Translations under genes and position numbers: made by a program
Notes under the pieces: model-generated
The model's input: the letters and a program-made list of their open reading frames with translations, nothing else
What the model was told of the DNA's origin: nothing
Database searches by the model: none
Part shown: positions 19,441-29,319 of the stretch, in pieces
How positions within the stretch are numbered: position 1 is the stretch's first letter
Layout: the number at the start of each line of letters is the position of its first letter
From: Escherichia coli
GTDB lineage: Bacteria > Pseudomonadota > Gammaproteobacteria > Enterobacterales > Enterobacteriaceae
Length of the DNA: 64,000 nt
Assembly: GCF_030013205.1 (NCBI RefSeq)
Contig: NZ_CP122648.1
Strand: one strand, 5' to 3'

Positions 19441-20637
19441 TTAAGGTGCTACAGCGTGTTTGCCTTCCCAGACAACTTCGCGGTAGTGCTTCACGTCGGT
19501 GTCGCCTTCAGTGCTGATAACCAGCACTACGGCATCTTTGTTCAGCGCCAGTTTTTCCATCAGGCTTTGACGTTGCGGGTGATAATGAACCGCTGCGAGA
19601 ACGCCCAAACCGACAGCGCCGGATTCACCGGAGATGATGCGCGGGTCATTGCCGTACGGATTACCCAGCACACGCATACCTAATGCGGCAACGCTGTCCT
19701 GGCAGGAGATGAATTGGGTGGCGCAGTTACGTAGGATTTCCCAGCCCAGCGGGTTAGGTTCGCCGCAGGCCAGGCCCGCCATGATGGTGGCCATATCACC
19801 GCCAACGTTGACGATGTCGCCTTTGACGCCGGAGCGATAAATACAGTCAGCTTTGTCAGGTTCAACAATAATGCTGTGCAGATTTTGCGGGCTGTAGACG
19901 TCGACCAGATAACCCAGCACACCACCGGCCATTGCACCGACACCGGCTTGCAGCAGAACGTGCGTCGGGGTTACGCCCATTTCACGCATTTGCTCGACGG
20001 CTTCATCTGCCAGTGTTGCGTAGCCTTGCATGATCCAGGTTGGGATTTTGGTGTAACCTTCCCAGGCGGTATCTTGCACCACTTCCCAGCCGTGCTGCTG
20101 CGCGTGTTGCATGGTCAGGCGAACGGTATCGTCATAGTTCATATCCGTGACGATGCACTCGGCACCGAGGTTCAGAATGGCGTCAACGCGTTCCTGAGCA
20201 GAACCTTTCGGCATGTAAATCACCGCATTCTGTCCGAGTTGCTGTGCTGCCCACGCCACACCGCGCCCGTGGTTGCCGTCGGTGGTGGTCGCGAAAGTCA
20301 TTTTTTCGCCGATGGCATTTTTCAGGTGCTCAAATGACAGCGTTTCGATATCAAGATGATATTTTTCACACAATAATTGAGCGATGGCGTACGCACCGCC
20401 GAGCATTTTGAAGGCGTTCAGACCGAATCGTTTTGATTCGTCTTTGACGAGAATTTTCTTCACACCAAAAAGGTTTGCGAGATCGTCCAGCGCACAAAGC
20501 GGTGTTGGGCGATAACCAGCTATTTTCTGGTGGAACTGGCGCGCCAGTTTGGCCTGGCTTTGCGAAAAGAGCGGTGATGTTTCGCCGTTGAAAAATTTGT
20601 TATCGGCGATATCAATCTTCAATGAGAAAACGGACAT
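19441..20637 (-). CDS. ygeX: diaminopropionate ammonia-lyase (PLP-dependent)
   Basis: 398-aa ORF of the tryptophan-synthase-beta-like PLP fold, including KDESKRFGLNAFKMLGG with the lysine of the PLP motif. Confidence 0.88.
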   Translation of the reverse strand: MSVFSLKIDIADNKFFNGETSPLFSQSQAKLARQFHQKIAGYRPTPLCALDDLANLFGVKKILVKDESKRFGLNAFKMLGGAYAIAQLLCEKYHLDIETLSFEHLKNAIGEKMTFATTTDGNHGRGVAWAAQQLGQNAVIYMPKGSAQERVDAILNLGAECIVTDMNYDDTVRLTMQHAQQHGWEVVQDTAWEGYTKIPTWIMQGYATLADEAVEQMREMGVTPTHVLLQAGVGAMAGGVLGYLVDVYSPQNLHSIIVEPDKADCIYRSGVKGDIVNVGGDMATIMAGLACGEPNPLGWEILRNCATQFISCQDSVAALGMRVLGNPYGNDPRIISGESGAVGLGVLAAVHYHPQRQSLMEKLALNKDAVVLVISTEGDTDVKHYREVVWEGKHAVAP

Positions 20638-20694
20638 ATCCTATCCTTTTGGCCTCTGGAAATAGAGGGCCGACCAGCTGATCGGCCCGAGGGG

Positions 20695-21885
20695 TTATTT
20701 CACGCGTTCTTGCGCTTCTTTCAGCAGTTGCTCGAGCAGTGCACCTGGTTTGGCGTATTTACGGGACAGGATCATCGCGGCGATGATATAAGGCTTCCAG
20801 CTGGCTTCTTTGTAGGTTGCGATACGGTATTTTTCGAATACGCCTTCAGTCACTTCACCTTCTTTACAGGATACGCCGCTGATATCAGCTGGCAGGCAGT
20901 GCATGTACAGGGCTTCGCCATCACGGGTCAGTTCCATCATCTCTTCAGTACAATGCCAGTCTTTGTGTTGCGCGTTCTGTGCCAGACACTGTTTTTCCAG
21001 TGCTTTTAAGCCTTCGTGGTCGTTCGCACGCAGCAATTCAGTACGCTCTTCCATCACTTTGTAAGGTGCCCATGACTTCGGATAAACGATGTCTGCGTCT
21101 TTGAAGGCTTCTTCCATGCTGGTGACCTGACGGAAGCTACCACCGGATGCTTTAGCATTGTTTTTCGCCACTTCAACCACATCCGGGATCAGGTCGTAGC
21201 CTTCCGGATGGGCCAGGGTGACATCCATACCGAAGCGAGTCATCAGACCGATGATGCCTTGTGGTACAGAGAGCGGTTTGCCATAGCTTGGGGAGTAGGC
21301 CCAGGTCATGGCGATTTTTTTACCTTTCAGGTTTTCCAGTGAACCAAAGTGTTCACGTAACCATGCCAGGTCAGCCATTGACTGAGTCGGGTGGTCAATA
21401 TCGCATTGCAGGTTCACTAAAGCCGGACGTTGCGGCAGTACACCATGCTTGTAACCGTCATCAAGTGCAGCGCCAACTTCACGCATATAGGCGTTGCCTG
21501 CGCCCAGATACATATCGTCACGAATACCGATGGCATCGGCGCAGAAGGAGATCATATTGGCGGTTTCACGCACGGTTTCGCCGTGAGCGATTTGTGATTT
21601 GCCTTCGTCGAGATCTTGCTGTGCAAGGCCGAGCAGGTTAAGCGCGGAAGCATAAGAGAAACGGGTACGGGTGGAGTTGTCGCGGAATACGGAAATACCT
21701 AATCCACTATTAAAGACTTTGGTTGAGATGTTTTCAGCACGCAGTGCTTTTAATGCTGCGGCAACGTCCAGTACTTGTTTCAGTTCATCTGGCGTCTGTT
21801 CCCACGTTAACAAAAAATCTTTCTCGTGAAGGTGAGAGGTCAGCGAATTGATATCCTTAATCAGCTCATTAACAGTTTTCATCAT
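20695..21885 (-). CDS. ygeW: carbamoyltransferase YgeW (ATCase/OTCase family)
   Basis: 396-aa ORF with the carbamoyl-phosphate binding motif STRTRFS and an HCLP motif. Confidence 0.9.
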   Translation of the reverse strand: MMKTVNELIKDINSLTSHLHEKDFLLTWEQTPDELKQVLDVAAALKALRAENISTKVFNSGLGISVFRDNSTRTRFSYASALNLLGLAQQDLDEGKSQIAHGETVRETANMISFCADAIGIRDDMYLGAGNAYMREVGAALDDGYKHGVLPQRPALVNLQCDIDHPTQSMADLAWLREHFGSLENLKGKKIAMTWAYSPSYGKPLSVPQGIIGLMTRFGMDVTLAHPEGYDLIPDVVEVAKNNAKASGGSFRQVTSMEEAFKDADIVYPKSWAPYKVMEERTELLRANDHEGLKALEKQCLAQNAQHKDWHCTEEMMELTRDGEALYMHCLPADISGVSCKEGEVTEGVFEKYRIATYKEASWKPYIIAAMILSRKYAKPGALLEQLLKEAQERVK

Positions 21886-21976
21886 AAAGTCCCGGTAGTG
21901 GAATGACAGGCAAAGTGGTTTATTTCACTGTGACTTGCCAAAGTGATTGGTGTTTTCACAGCTATGCCTGGGACTA

Positions 21977-21992
21977 ACAATAAGTGTGCCAG
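21977..21992 (-). promoter_or_regulatory. candidate sigma54 promoter for the ygeW-ygeX-ygeY-hyuA-yqeA operon
   Basis: The minus strand reads CTGGCACACTTATTGT. The -24 TGGCAC is perfect, but the -12 reads TTGT rather than TTGC. It lies about 95 nt upstream of the ygeW ATG. Confidence 0.4.
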
Positions 21993-22360
21993 AATTATCC
22001 TCGGGGCTGCAAAAGACTAATTTGACGGATAATGTGTGGGGTTGATCACAAATTGATGCCAGCTTCCGGTTGTTTGTAAAATACGAAAACGTTTGGCTTT
22101 TTTTATCGCGTTATTTATTTGCTGCTAAGTATCAGAAATAAGATAAAGGGACAGGCGATCTCTCTTCAGTTTGATAAACTCACCGCCGTAATTCTCATAT
22201 TGATATAGAAATGTGATATCTCTTCCATAATTTCATTAGAAAGTGATAAAAATCTTATGTTTTTATCAAAGCCAATTTCGCCTGAGTTAATATCATCATG
22301 ATCTATGAACCATCAACGTCTTCAATGATCGACTTTTAAGTAAGTCTGGAAGGTAAAGCT

Positions 22361-24139
22361 ATGGAGCTTGCTACTACGCAGTCAGTATTGATGCAAATTC
22401 AACCGACAATTCAGCGTTTTGCCAGAATGCTTGCCAGCGTTTTGCAGCTTGAGGTTGAGATCGTTGATGAAAACTTGTGTCGCGTCGCCGGAACGGGCGC
22501 GTATGGGAAGTTTCTTGGTCGCCAGTTGAGCGGCAACTCACGCCTGCTCCGCCACGTCCTGGAAACGAAAACTGAAAAAGTTGTGACACAGTCTCGCTTC
22601 GATCCCCTTTGTGAAGGTTGCGATAGTAAAGAAAATTGCCGCGAAAAAGCATTTCTGGGTACGCCTGTCATTTTACAGGATCGTTGTGTTGGGGTGATAA
22701 GTTTGATTGCCGTTACCCACGAGCAACAAGAGCATATCAGTGATAATTTACGCGAATTTTCTGATTATGTTCGCCATATATCCACCATTTTTGTTTCGAA
22801 ACTTCTGGAGGATCAGGGGCCAGGAGATAACATCAGTAAAATATTCGCGACCATGATCGATAATATGGATCAGGGCGTATTAGTTGTTGATGATGAAAGT
22901 CGGGTTCAGTTTGTTAATCAGACTGCCTTAAAAACACTTGGTGTTGTACAAAATAATATTATTGGGAAACCTATCCGTTTCAGACCATTAACATTTGAGA
23001 GTAATTTTACCCATGGACATATGCAGCATATTGTTTCGTGGGACGATAAAAGTGAATTAATCATTGGTCAATTGCATAACATTCAGGGCCGACAATTATT
23101 TTTAATGGCGTTTCACCAATCGCATACCAGTTTTTCTGTAGCAAATGCACCTGATGAACCGCATATTGAACAATTGGTTGGCGAGTGCCGTGTTATGCGG
23201 CAATTAAAACGACTCATTAGCCGTATTGCACCCAGCCCATCCAGCGTTATGGTGGTTGGTGAAAGCGGCACGGGTAAAGAAGTTGTCGCCCGTGCAATCC
23301 ATAAGTTGAGCGGAAGACGGAATAAACCCTTTATTGCTATCAACTGTGCCGCGATTCCGGAGCAGCTTCTGGAGAGCGAACTGTTCGGTTATGTTAAAGG
23401 CGCATTTACTGGCGCTTCTGCCAACGGTAAAACAGGGTTGATTCAGGCGGCGAATACGGGCACGCTGTTTCTCGATGAAATAGGTGATATGCCATTAATG
23501 TTGCAGGCTAAATTACTGCGCGCTATTGAGGCGCGTGAAATTCTGCCGATTGGTGCCAGTAGCCCAATACAAGTCGACATTCGCATCATTTCTGCAACTA
23601 ACCAGAATTTGGCACAGTTCATTGCCGAAGGTAAATTCCGCGAAGATCTCTTCTACCGACTTAATGTTATCCCGATAACTCTGCCACCGCTGCGTGAACG
23701 TCAGGAAGATATTGAATTACTGGTGCATTACTTTTTACATCTGCATATCCGTCGGCTGGGATCGGTTTATCCTGGCATTGCTCCCGATGTCGTCGAAATA
23801 TTGCGTAAGCATCGTTGGCCCGGAAACCTGCGCGAGTTAAGCAATTTGATGGAATATCTGGTTAACGTTGTTCCTTCAGGTGAAGTTATCGACAGCACGC
23901 TATTGCCGCCAAATCTGCTGAATAATGGCACAACGGAGCAAAGTGATGTAACAGAGGTCACTGAGGCACACCTGTCACTCGATGATGCGGGCGGCACGGC
24001 GCTGGAGGAGATGGAAAAGCAAATGATCCGCGAGGCGCTTTCACGTCATAACAGCAAGAAGCAAGTTGCTGATGAACTGGGCATCGGCATTGCTACGCTC
24101 TATCGCAAGATTAAGAAATATGAGTTGTTAAACACATAA
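22361..24139 (+). CDS. ygeV: sigma54-dependent transcriptional activator
   Basis: 592-aa ORF. It has an AAA+ module (GESGTGKEVVARAIH, GAFTGA, ESELFGY) and a C-terminal Fis-type HTH. Confidence 0.92.
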   Translation: MELATTQSVLMQIQPTIQRFARMLASVLQLEVEIVDENLCRVAGTGAYGKFLGRQLSGNSRLLRHVLETKTEKVVTQSRFDPLCEGCDSKENCREKAFLGTPVILQDRCVGVISLIAVTHEQQEHISDNLREFSDYVRHISTIFVSKLLEDQGPGDNISKIFATMIDNMDQGVLVVDDESRVQFVNQTALKTLGVVQNNIIGKPIRFRPLTFESNFTHGHMQHIVSWDDKSELIIGQLHNIQGRQLFLMAFHQSHTSFSVANAPDEPHIEQLVGECRVMRQLKRLISRIAPSPSSVMVVGESGTGKEVVARAIHKLSGRRNKPFIAINCAAIPEQLLESELFGYVKGAFTGASANGKTGLIQAANTGTLFLDEIGDMPLMLQAKLLRAIEAREILPIGASSPIQVDIRIISATNQNLAQFIAEGKFREDLFYRLNVIPITLPPLRERQEDIELLVHYFLHLHIRRLGSVYPGIAPDVVEILRKHRWPGNLRELSNLMEYLVNVVPSGEVIDSTLLPPNLLNNGTTEQSDVTEVTEAHLSLDDAGGTALEEMEKQMIREALSRHNSKKQVADELGIGIATLYRKIKKYELLNT

Positions 24140-24148
24140 CCTCAGTGA

Positions 24149-24172
24149 ATCCGGCCTGAATTCAGGCCGGAT
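24149..24172. terminator. bidirectional hairpin between ygeV and xdhC
   Basis: Perfect palindrome ATCCGGCCTGAATTCAGGCCGGAT followed by ATCCTTTT. Confidence 0.6.
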
Positions 24173-24178
24173 ATCCTT

Positions 24179-24658
24179 TTACTTCGTTTTCTCGCAATCC
24201 AGAACTGTATTTACAATCATCTGATACCCCGTGCAGCGACAAAGATTTCCCGCCAGTCCGCGACGAATTTCCGTAATCGTTAATGGCTTCTCGCGTGGTT
24301 TCGCCAGCATTGCTGTGGTAGCCATAATCAGGCCAGGCGTACAAAACCCGCACTGCACCGCGCCGGATTTCGCATAAGCCTGCTGAACATGAGAAAGTTT
24401 TCCGCCTTTCGCTTCACCTTCCAGCGTGCGGATCTCTTTTCCTTCAGCCCAGGCGGCAAGGTATAAGCAACTGTCTATTGCTGTGCCGTCGACCAGCACC
24501 GTACAGGCACCACATTCACCCACGCAGCACCCTTGTTTGACACTTAGCAGTCCTTGTTCGCGGAGTAATTCCGAGAGCGGCGTGCCTGGTGCGGCGTGAA
24601 GCTGAAAAGGGAGCCCGTTAATGGCGCATTCGATGGTAATTGTTTCGCTGTGATTCAT
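24179..24658 (-). CDS. xdhC: xanthine dehydrogenase 2Fe-2S subunit
   Basis: 159-aa ORF with two 2Fe-2S cysteine clusters ([11 protein letters not shown] ; CGFCTPG..CRCTGY). Confidence 0.92.
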   Translation of the reverse strand: MNHSETITIECAINGLPFQLHAAPGTPLSELLREQGLLSVKQGCCVGECGACTVLVDGTAIDSCLYLAAWAEGKEIRTLEGEAKGGKLSHVQQAYAKSGAVQCGFCTPGLIMATTAMLAKPREKPLTITEIRRGLAGNLCRCTGYQMIVNTVLDCEKTK

Positions 24659-25533
24659 TGCAATTTTCCCCCCGCCGCGGCGACGGCTTCGCTAATCACT
24701 TTTTTGGTCATCGTCTGGATGAGATGCAGACGAAACTCTTTACTGGCCCGCCATGAAGAACGCGGGGCGACATCTTGCAGGACAGATTCGCTGATAGCTT
24801 CCAGCGTTTGCAGGTTTAATGGCGCATTTTGTGCAGTCTGTTCGGCATGTTGGCAGCGAATCGGCGTTGGCGCGGCAACACCAAATGCCAGACGTAATTC
24901 GCTGAAATTGCCGTTATCCAGTCGGCAATGTGCGGCGCAGCCAATCGTTGAAATATCCATTGCGTCGCGCATGGCATATTTAAAATGCGCGCTGCCCGCG
25001 TGTTCTTTCGGCTGGGGCGGAAAATGAAAGGCGACAAGGATTTCGTCATGCTCAAGAGACACTTTGCCCGGCCCAGTGTGAAAGCCATTAATCGGGACGA
25101 AACGAACACCGCGCGGGGAGTGAATCTCCAGTTTCGCGTCATAAATTAGCGTTGGCGTGGCAGAATCTGCGCTGGTAGCACCGTTGCAAATATTTCCACC
25201 GTAGGTAGCGACGTTACGGATCTGCGGTCCGGCAATGGATGAGGCCGCAGCACATAACGCTGGGAGATGACGTTGAGTTACAGGATCTTCAATGAGCTGG
25301 GTAAATGTCGTTGCAGAGCCGATACGTAGTGAGCCATCTTCCGCCAGCGTAATTCCCCGCAGCTCCACCAGATTATGAATATCAACAATATGGCGATAAC
25401 GGTCATTGTGATGGTGGAGCTGAATCAGTACGTCAGTGCCACCGGCGAGCAGTTTGGCCTGCGGGTTGTCAGCCAGCAGGTTGATGGCATCGGCAAGGGT
25501 TGCTGCGCGATGGTAAGAAGCAAAATCAAACAT
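24655..25533 (-). CDS. xdhB: xanthine dehydrogenase FAD-binding subunit
   Basis: 292-aa ORF with the FAD-binding motif LLAGGTDV. Its stop overlaps the xdhC start. Confidence 0.92.
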   Translation of the reverse strand: MFDFASYHRAATLADAINLLADNPQAKLLAGGTDVLIQLHHHNDRYRHIVDIHNLVELRGITLAEDGSLRIGSATTFTQLIEDPVTQRHLPALCAAASSIAGPQIRNVATYGGNICNGATSADSATPTLIYDAKLEIHSPRGVRFVPINGFHTGPGKVSLEHDEILVAFHFPPQPKEHAGSAHFKYAMRDAMDISTIGCAAHCRLDNGNFSELRLAFGVAAPTPIRCQHAEQTAQNAPLNLQTLEAISESVLQDVAPRSSWRASKEFRLHLIQTMTKKVISEAVAAAGGKLQ

Positions 25534-25543
25534 GATGTTATCC

Positions 25544-27796
25544 TCAAATCAATCCTGCCAGATGGAACTCTTCATATAACCGTTTTGGCGTCAGCGGCAG
25601 TGTATTGATTGCAACACCGGTAGCCATCTTCACCGCGTTACGAATAGCAGCGGCAACAGGAATTATTGGTGGCTCACCCAGTGACTTATGTCCGTATGCG
25701 GATTGCGGCTCATTGATTTCGACGAACGCGCTTTCCAGTTGTGGCAGATCCGGCATGGTCGGCATTTTGTAATCCAGCAGGTTGGGGTTACGGACCACGC
25801 CGCTTTTCGCATCAATGATCATCTCTTCAAATAGCGCCCAGCCAATGCCCATTCCGCCGTGTACCTGACCTTCTGCCAGTAGCGGATTAAGAATATGGCC
25901 CGAATCATGAACGTTGAGGATGCGGTTGATGGTGACTTTGCACAGCGCAATATCGATCGTCAGATCAACAAAGGTACAGCCAAACGCTGGTGGGTTAGTG
26001 GTGGTTTTGATGGAGCTTTCGGCAGAGAGCTGCCCGCCGCGTTCAGGGTGGTAGAAAGCGTCCATCGCCAAATCTTTTAACGACATTAACGGCTCTTCCG
26101 GTCGTTCAACCAGCACGATATGGCCTTTTATCAGGGTCAGATTCATCGCTGACTGATGTAGCATGACTGCGGCGTGAGCGATGATTTTCTCTTTTAATAA
26201 CAGTGCCGCACTGCGCAGCGCAGGCGCGGCAACATAGCTCTGGCGTGAGGCAAATGCGCCGGGATCGAACGGCGTAACATCGGTATCTTGTGTTGAAATA
26301 ACGCGAACGTCGCTGACCGGAACCCCCACGGTTTCTGCCACCATTTGCGAGAAGACGGTGTCGGCACCCTGACCGATTTCCGTCGCGCCGCTTTGCACGT
26401 TGATGGTTCCATCCTGATTCATCAGAAGGCGCGCGCCTGCTATTTCTACGCCGACAGGCCAGGTGTTCGAGGTGTAGCTAAAACAGGCGACGCCAACGCC
26501 GCGGCGTAAATTGCCTTTCTGGTTCTGGCACTCTGCACGGCGTTTTTCCCATTCAAAGATTTTCCGGCCTTTTTCAAGACACTCCGGCAACCCTGCGCTG
26601 TAAATACGTTTGCCCGTGAGCGGATTAGCATCTCCTTCGCGGGCGGCGTTGCGTAAACGAATTTCAACAGGATCAATACCTAACGCTGTCGCGGCGTCAT
26701 CAAGCATAGACTCAACGGCAAATACGACTTGTGGCGCGCCATAACCACGCATCGCACCAGCCGAGGGGAGGTTGGTATAGCAGGTCTTTGAACTGTAAGC
26801 GTAGGCACAACGAGGATAAAGGTAAGCGACTTTATTCCCCCCTGCAGAAGCGATGGAGTGCCCGTGAGATGCATAAGCGCCGGTGTTAGACAGAACATCC
26901 AGACTATAACCTTTCAATGTTCCGTCGCGGTTCACGCCCATTTGCCCGTCAATAGTAAAAGCGTGGCGGGTACGGGTTGCGAGGAAACACTCTTCACGGC
27001 TAAGGGAAACTTTCACCGGAATGCCGCCAAGCTTGCTGGTCAGGAATGCTGCCATTGGCTCTTCCAGTACATCCTGTTTATTACCAAAACCGCCACCGAC
27101 AAACGGTTTGATGACTCGTACGCATGACCAGGGGATATCCAGCGCCTGACCAACCACGCGGCGAACAATGTGCGGGATCTGGGTGCTGGAAACGATGGTA
27201 ATTCGCGAGTCATCCTCCATCCATGCCAGCGATGTCACGCTTTCCATGTGACAATGTTGAATGATCGGCGTCTGATAGTGCCCCTGTACCTGGTAGTCGG
27301 CGGCATCGATTGTTTGTTGGACATTGCCCGTCGTCATCGTGCTTTGTTTTAGTAAATTGCCGCCATTATGGATTGGTTCAGCGTCATCAGCCAGCGCCGC
27401 TTCTGGGGTGGTGATAACGGGTAATTCTTGCCACTCAATGCTGACCAATTGCGCCGCTTTTTCTGCCGTGAGTTCATCACGGGCCACGACGATGGCAACG
27501 GCGTCACCATGGTGACGAACATGGCGAGTTAGCAGTGCGCGATCGGCGGTATCGCGCTTGTTTTCGTCAAGTGTCCAGGCATGCCCAGCTGTAGCGAATG
27601 GGATATCAGGCACATCTTCCCAGGTAAAAATCGCCAGTACGCCCGGTAAACTTCTGGCTTGTTCATCATTAATACTTACGGCATAACCATGTGCGATAGG
27701 GCTACGTACATATTTCGCGTAACACATGCCCGCCATAACATAATCGTCAGTATATCGTGCCCGCCCGGTGACCTTAGCAATGGCATCTACGCGCAT
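25544..27796 (-). CDS. xdhA: xanthine dehydrogenase molybdenum-binding subunit
   Basis: ORF 25544..27835. The start is set at MRVDAIAKVTGRARYTDD, giving 750 aa. It has GGGFGNK and other molybdopterin-hydroxylase motifs. Confidence 0.9.
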   Translation of the reverse strand: MRVDAIAKVTGRARYTDDYVMAGMCYAKYVRSPIAHGYAVSINDEQARSLPGVLAIFTWEDVPDIPFATAGHAWTLDENKRDTADRALLTRHVRHHGDAVAIVVARDELTAEKAAQLVSIEWQELPVITTPEAALADDAEPIHNGGNLLKQSTMTTGNVQQTIDAADYQVQGHYQTPIIQHCHMESVTSLAWMEDDSRITIVSSTQIPHIVRRVVGQALDIPWSCVRVIKPFVGGGFGNKQDVLEEPMAAFLTSKLGGIPVKVSLSREECFLATRTRHAFTIDGQMGVNRDGTLKGYSLDVLSNTGAYASHGHSIASAGGNKVAYLYPRCAYAYSSKTCYTNLPSAGAMRGYGAPQVVFAVESMLDDAATALGIDPVEIRLRNAAREGDANPLTGKRIYSAGLPECLEKGRKIFEWEKRRAECQNQKGNLRRGVGVACFSYTSNTWPVGVEIAGARLLMNQDGTINVQSGATEIGQGADTVFSQMVAETVGVPVSDVRVISTQDTDVTPFDPGAFASRQSYVAAPALRSAALLLKEKIIAHAAVMLHQSAMNLTLIKGHIVLVERPEEPLMSLKDLAMDAFYHPERGGQLSAESSIKTTTNPPAFGCTFVDLTIDIALCKVTINRILNVHDSGHILNPLLAEGQVHGGMGIGWALFEEMIIDAKSGVVRNPNLLDYKMPTMPDLPQLESAFVEINEPQSAYGHKSLGEPPIIPVAAAIRNAVKMATGVAINTLPLTPKRLYEEFHLAGLI

Positions 27797-27889
27797 GCAT
27801 GATTCACCTGTAGCGGTTGCTTCCCGCGCTTCCATAGAAATCCCCTCGATTTGAACATTTGGTTCTTATGGCAAAGATTTAGTCTAAGC

Positions 27890-27906
27890 AGGCAAGATTT
27901 ACGCCA
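27890..27906 (-). promoter_or_regulatory. candidate sigma54 promoter for xdhABC
   Basis: The minus strand reads CTGGCGTAAATCTTGCC (TGGCGT-N5-TTGC), so both the GG and GC elements are present at canonical spacing. It lies about 95 nt upstream of the xdhA ATG. Confidence 0.6.
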
Positions 27907-28250
27907 GAAACGACGATAAGCGTTAAGGGAGGAAGGAAGTGTGATGATGTTAAAAAAACACAGATATGATACGAAACAGGACCCTGAATAGGGGCAGTGA
28001 TACGTATCAATATGAGTGGCGATAAAATCAATGTGATAAATTGGGATTATTACGCATCAGGATGGGAAATAGGGTAAATGAGTCAGGAAATTCGATACAT
28101 CTACAGTGAATATTTTGCTGATGATACTTCCCTTTGCCAAATGAAATTAACCTCTTTCTCTATTACCGCGTTTTTCCAGAAGCAAGAGATTGGGTATCAA
28201 GAGGCTGGCTGCTATGATATGGCGTCTTGTTTTTTAAGCGAGGAAAGATT

Positions 28251-29003
28251 TTGAGTGCGGGACGCCTGAATAAAAAATCTCTGGGTATCGTGATGTTGTT
28301 ATCGGTTGGACTGCTTTTGGCGGGCTGCTCGGGTAGCAAATCATCCGATACAGGAACGTATTCCGGCTCCGTTTACACCGTGAAACGGGGGGATACGCTA
28401 TATCGTATTTCGCGCACCACGGGAACCAGCGTAAAAGAGCTGGCGCGACTGAACGGCATTTCCCCCCCTTACACCATTGAAGTTGGTCAGAAACTAAAAC
28501 TGGGTGGGGCGAAAAGTAGCAGTACACGTAAATCAACCGCCAAATCAACGACCAAAACCGCATCGGTTACACCGTCATCAGCAGTACCGAAATCTTCCTG
28601 GCCGCCAGTAGGGCAACGTTGTTGGTTATGGCCAACGACAGGGAAAGTTATCATGCCGTATTCGACAGCTGATGGCGGCAATAAAGGGATTGATATCTCA
28701 GCTCCACGGGGTACACCTATTTACGCCGCGGGTGCAGGAAAGGTGGTGTATGTGGGCAACCAGCTGCGTGGCTACGGTAATCTCATCATGATTAAACACA
28801 GTGAAGATTACATTACGGCTTACGCCCATAATGACACGATGCTGGTAAATAATGGGCAAAGCGTGAAGGCTGGGCAAAAAATCGCCACTATGGGGAGCAC
28901 TGATGCGGCATCGGTTCGCCTGCATTTCCAGATTCGTTACCGTGCAACGGCAATTGATCCGCTACGTTACTTGCCGCCTCAGGGCAGCAAGCCAAAATGC
29001 TGA
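28251..29003 (+). CDS. ygeR: LysM + M23 peptidase-family lipoprotein
   Basis: ORF 28227..29003. A TTG at 28251 is preceded by GAGGAAAG. Features are a lipobox LLLAGCSG, a LysM segment (YTVKRGDTLYRISR) and an M23 LytM-like C-terminus. Confidence 0.85.
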   Translation: MSAGRLNKKSLGIVMLLSVGLLLAGCSGSKSSDTGTYSGSVYTVKRGDTLYRISRTTGTSVKELARLNGISPPYTIEVGQKLKLGGAKSSSTRKSTAKSTTKTASVTPSSAVPKSSWPPVGQRCWLWPTTGKVIMPYSTADGGNKGIDISAPRGTPIYAAGAGKVVYVGNQLRGYGNLIMIKHSEDYITAYAHNDTMLVNNGQSVKAGQKIATMGSTDAASVRLHFQIRYRATAIDPLRYLPPQGSKPKC

Positions 29004-29081
29004 TGGCGAATTAATCAGCAGTCAGCAGCGCGGCACTTGCTAAGGAGAGCGTAAGGTTTATAATGCCTTACGCATCTCGAA

Positions 29082-29155
29082 GCGGGCGTAGTTCAATGGT
29101 AGAACGAGAGCTTCCCAAGCTCTATACGAGGGTTCGATTCCCTTCGCCCGCTCCA
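29082..29155 (+). tRNA. glyU: tRNA-Gly (anticodon CCC)
   Basis: GCGGGCGTAGTTCAATGGTAGAACGAGAGCTTCCCAAGCTCTATACGAGGGTTCGATTCCCTTCGCCCGCTCCA. It folds as a cloverleaf with anticodon loop TTCCCAA and an encoded CCA end. Confidence 0.95.
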
Positions 29156-29169
29156 AACAAACATTTCTC

Positions 29170-29243
29170 AACGTCTACTAAAGTCCATCAAACCCACGAA
29201 TATCAAGCCTTCCAGCCATTTTCATAGTTTATTAACGTCTACT
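29170..29243 (+). repeat. two direct AACGTCTACT boxes in the att-proximal arm (third, inverted copy at 31665-31674)
   Basis: AACGTCTACT occurs at 29170-29179 and 29234-29243. Its reverse complement AGTAGACGTT occurs at 31665-31674, just upstream of alpA. Confidence 0.6.
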
Positions 29244-29270
29244 CACAACTACCAGAATCTACACACAGAA

Positions 29271-29307
29271 GTGTATAGTAATGCGTATAGGACAAAATTT
29301 ATTTTTT
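29271..29307 (+). repeat. arm-type repeat GTGTATAGTAATGCGTATAGGACAAAATTTATTTTTT (partner at 43307-43336)
   Basis: It is closely similar to GTGTATAGAAATGTGTATAGAATTTATTTT near the other island end, in the same orientation. In a circular form the two copies would flank the att core. Confidence 0.6.
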
Positions 29308-29319
29308 GGAGCTATACAC

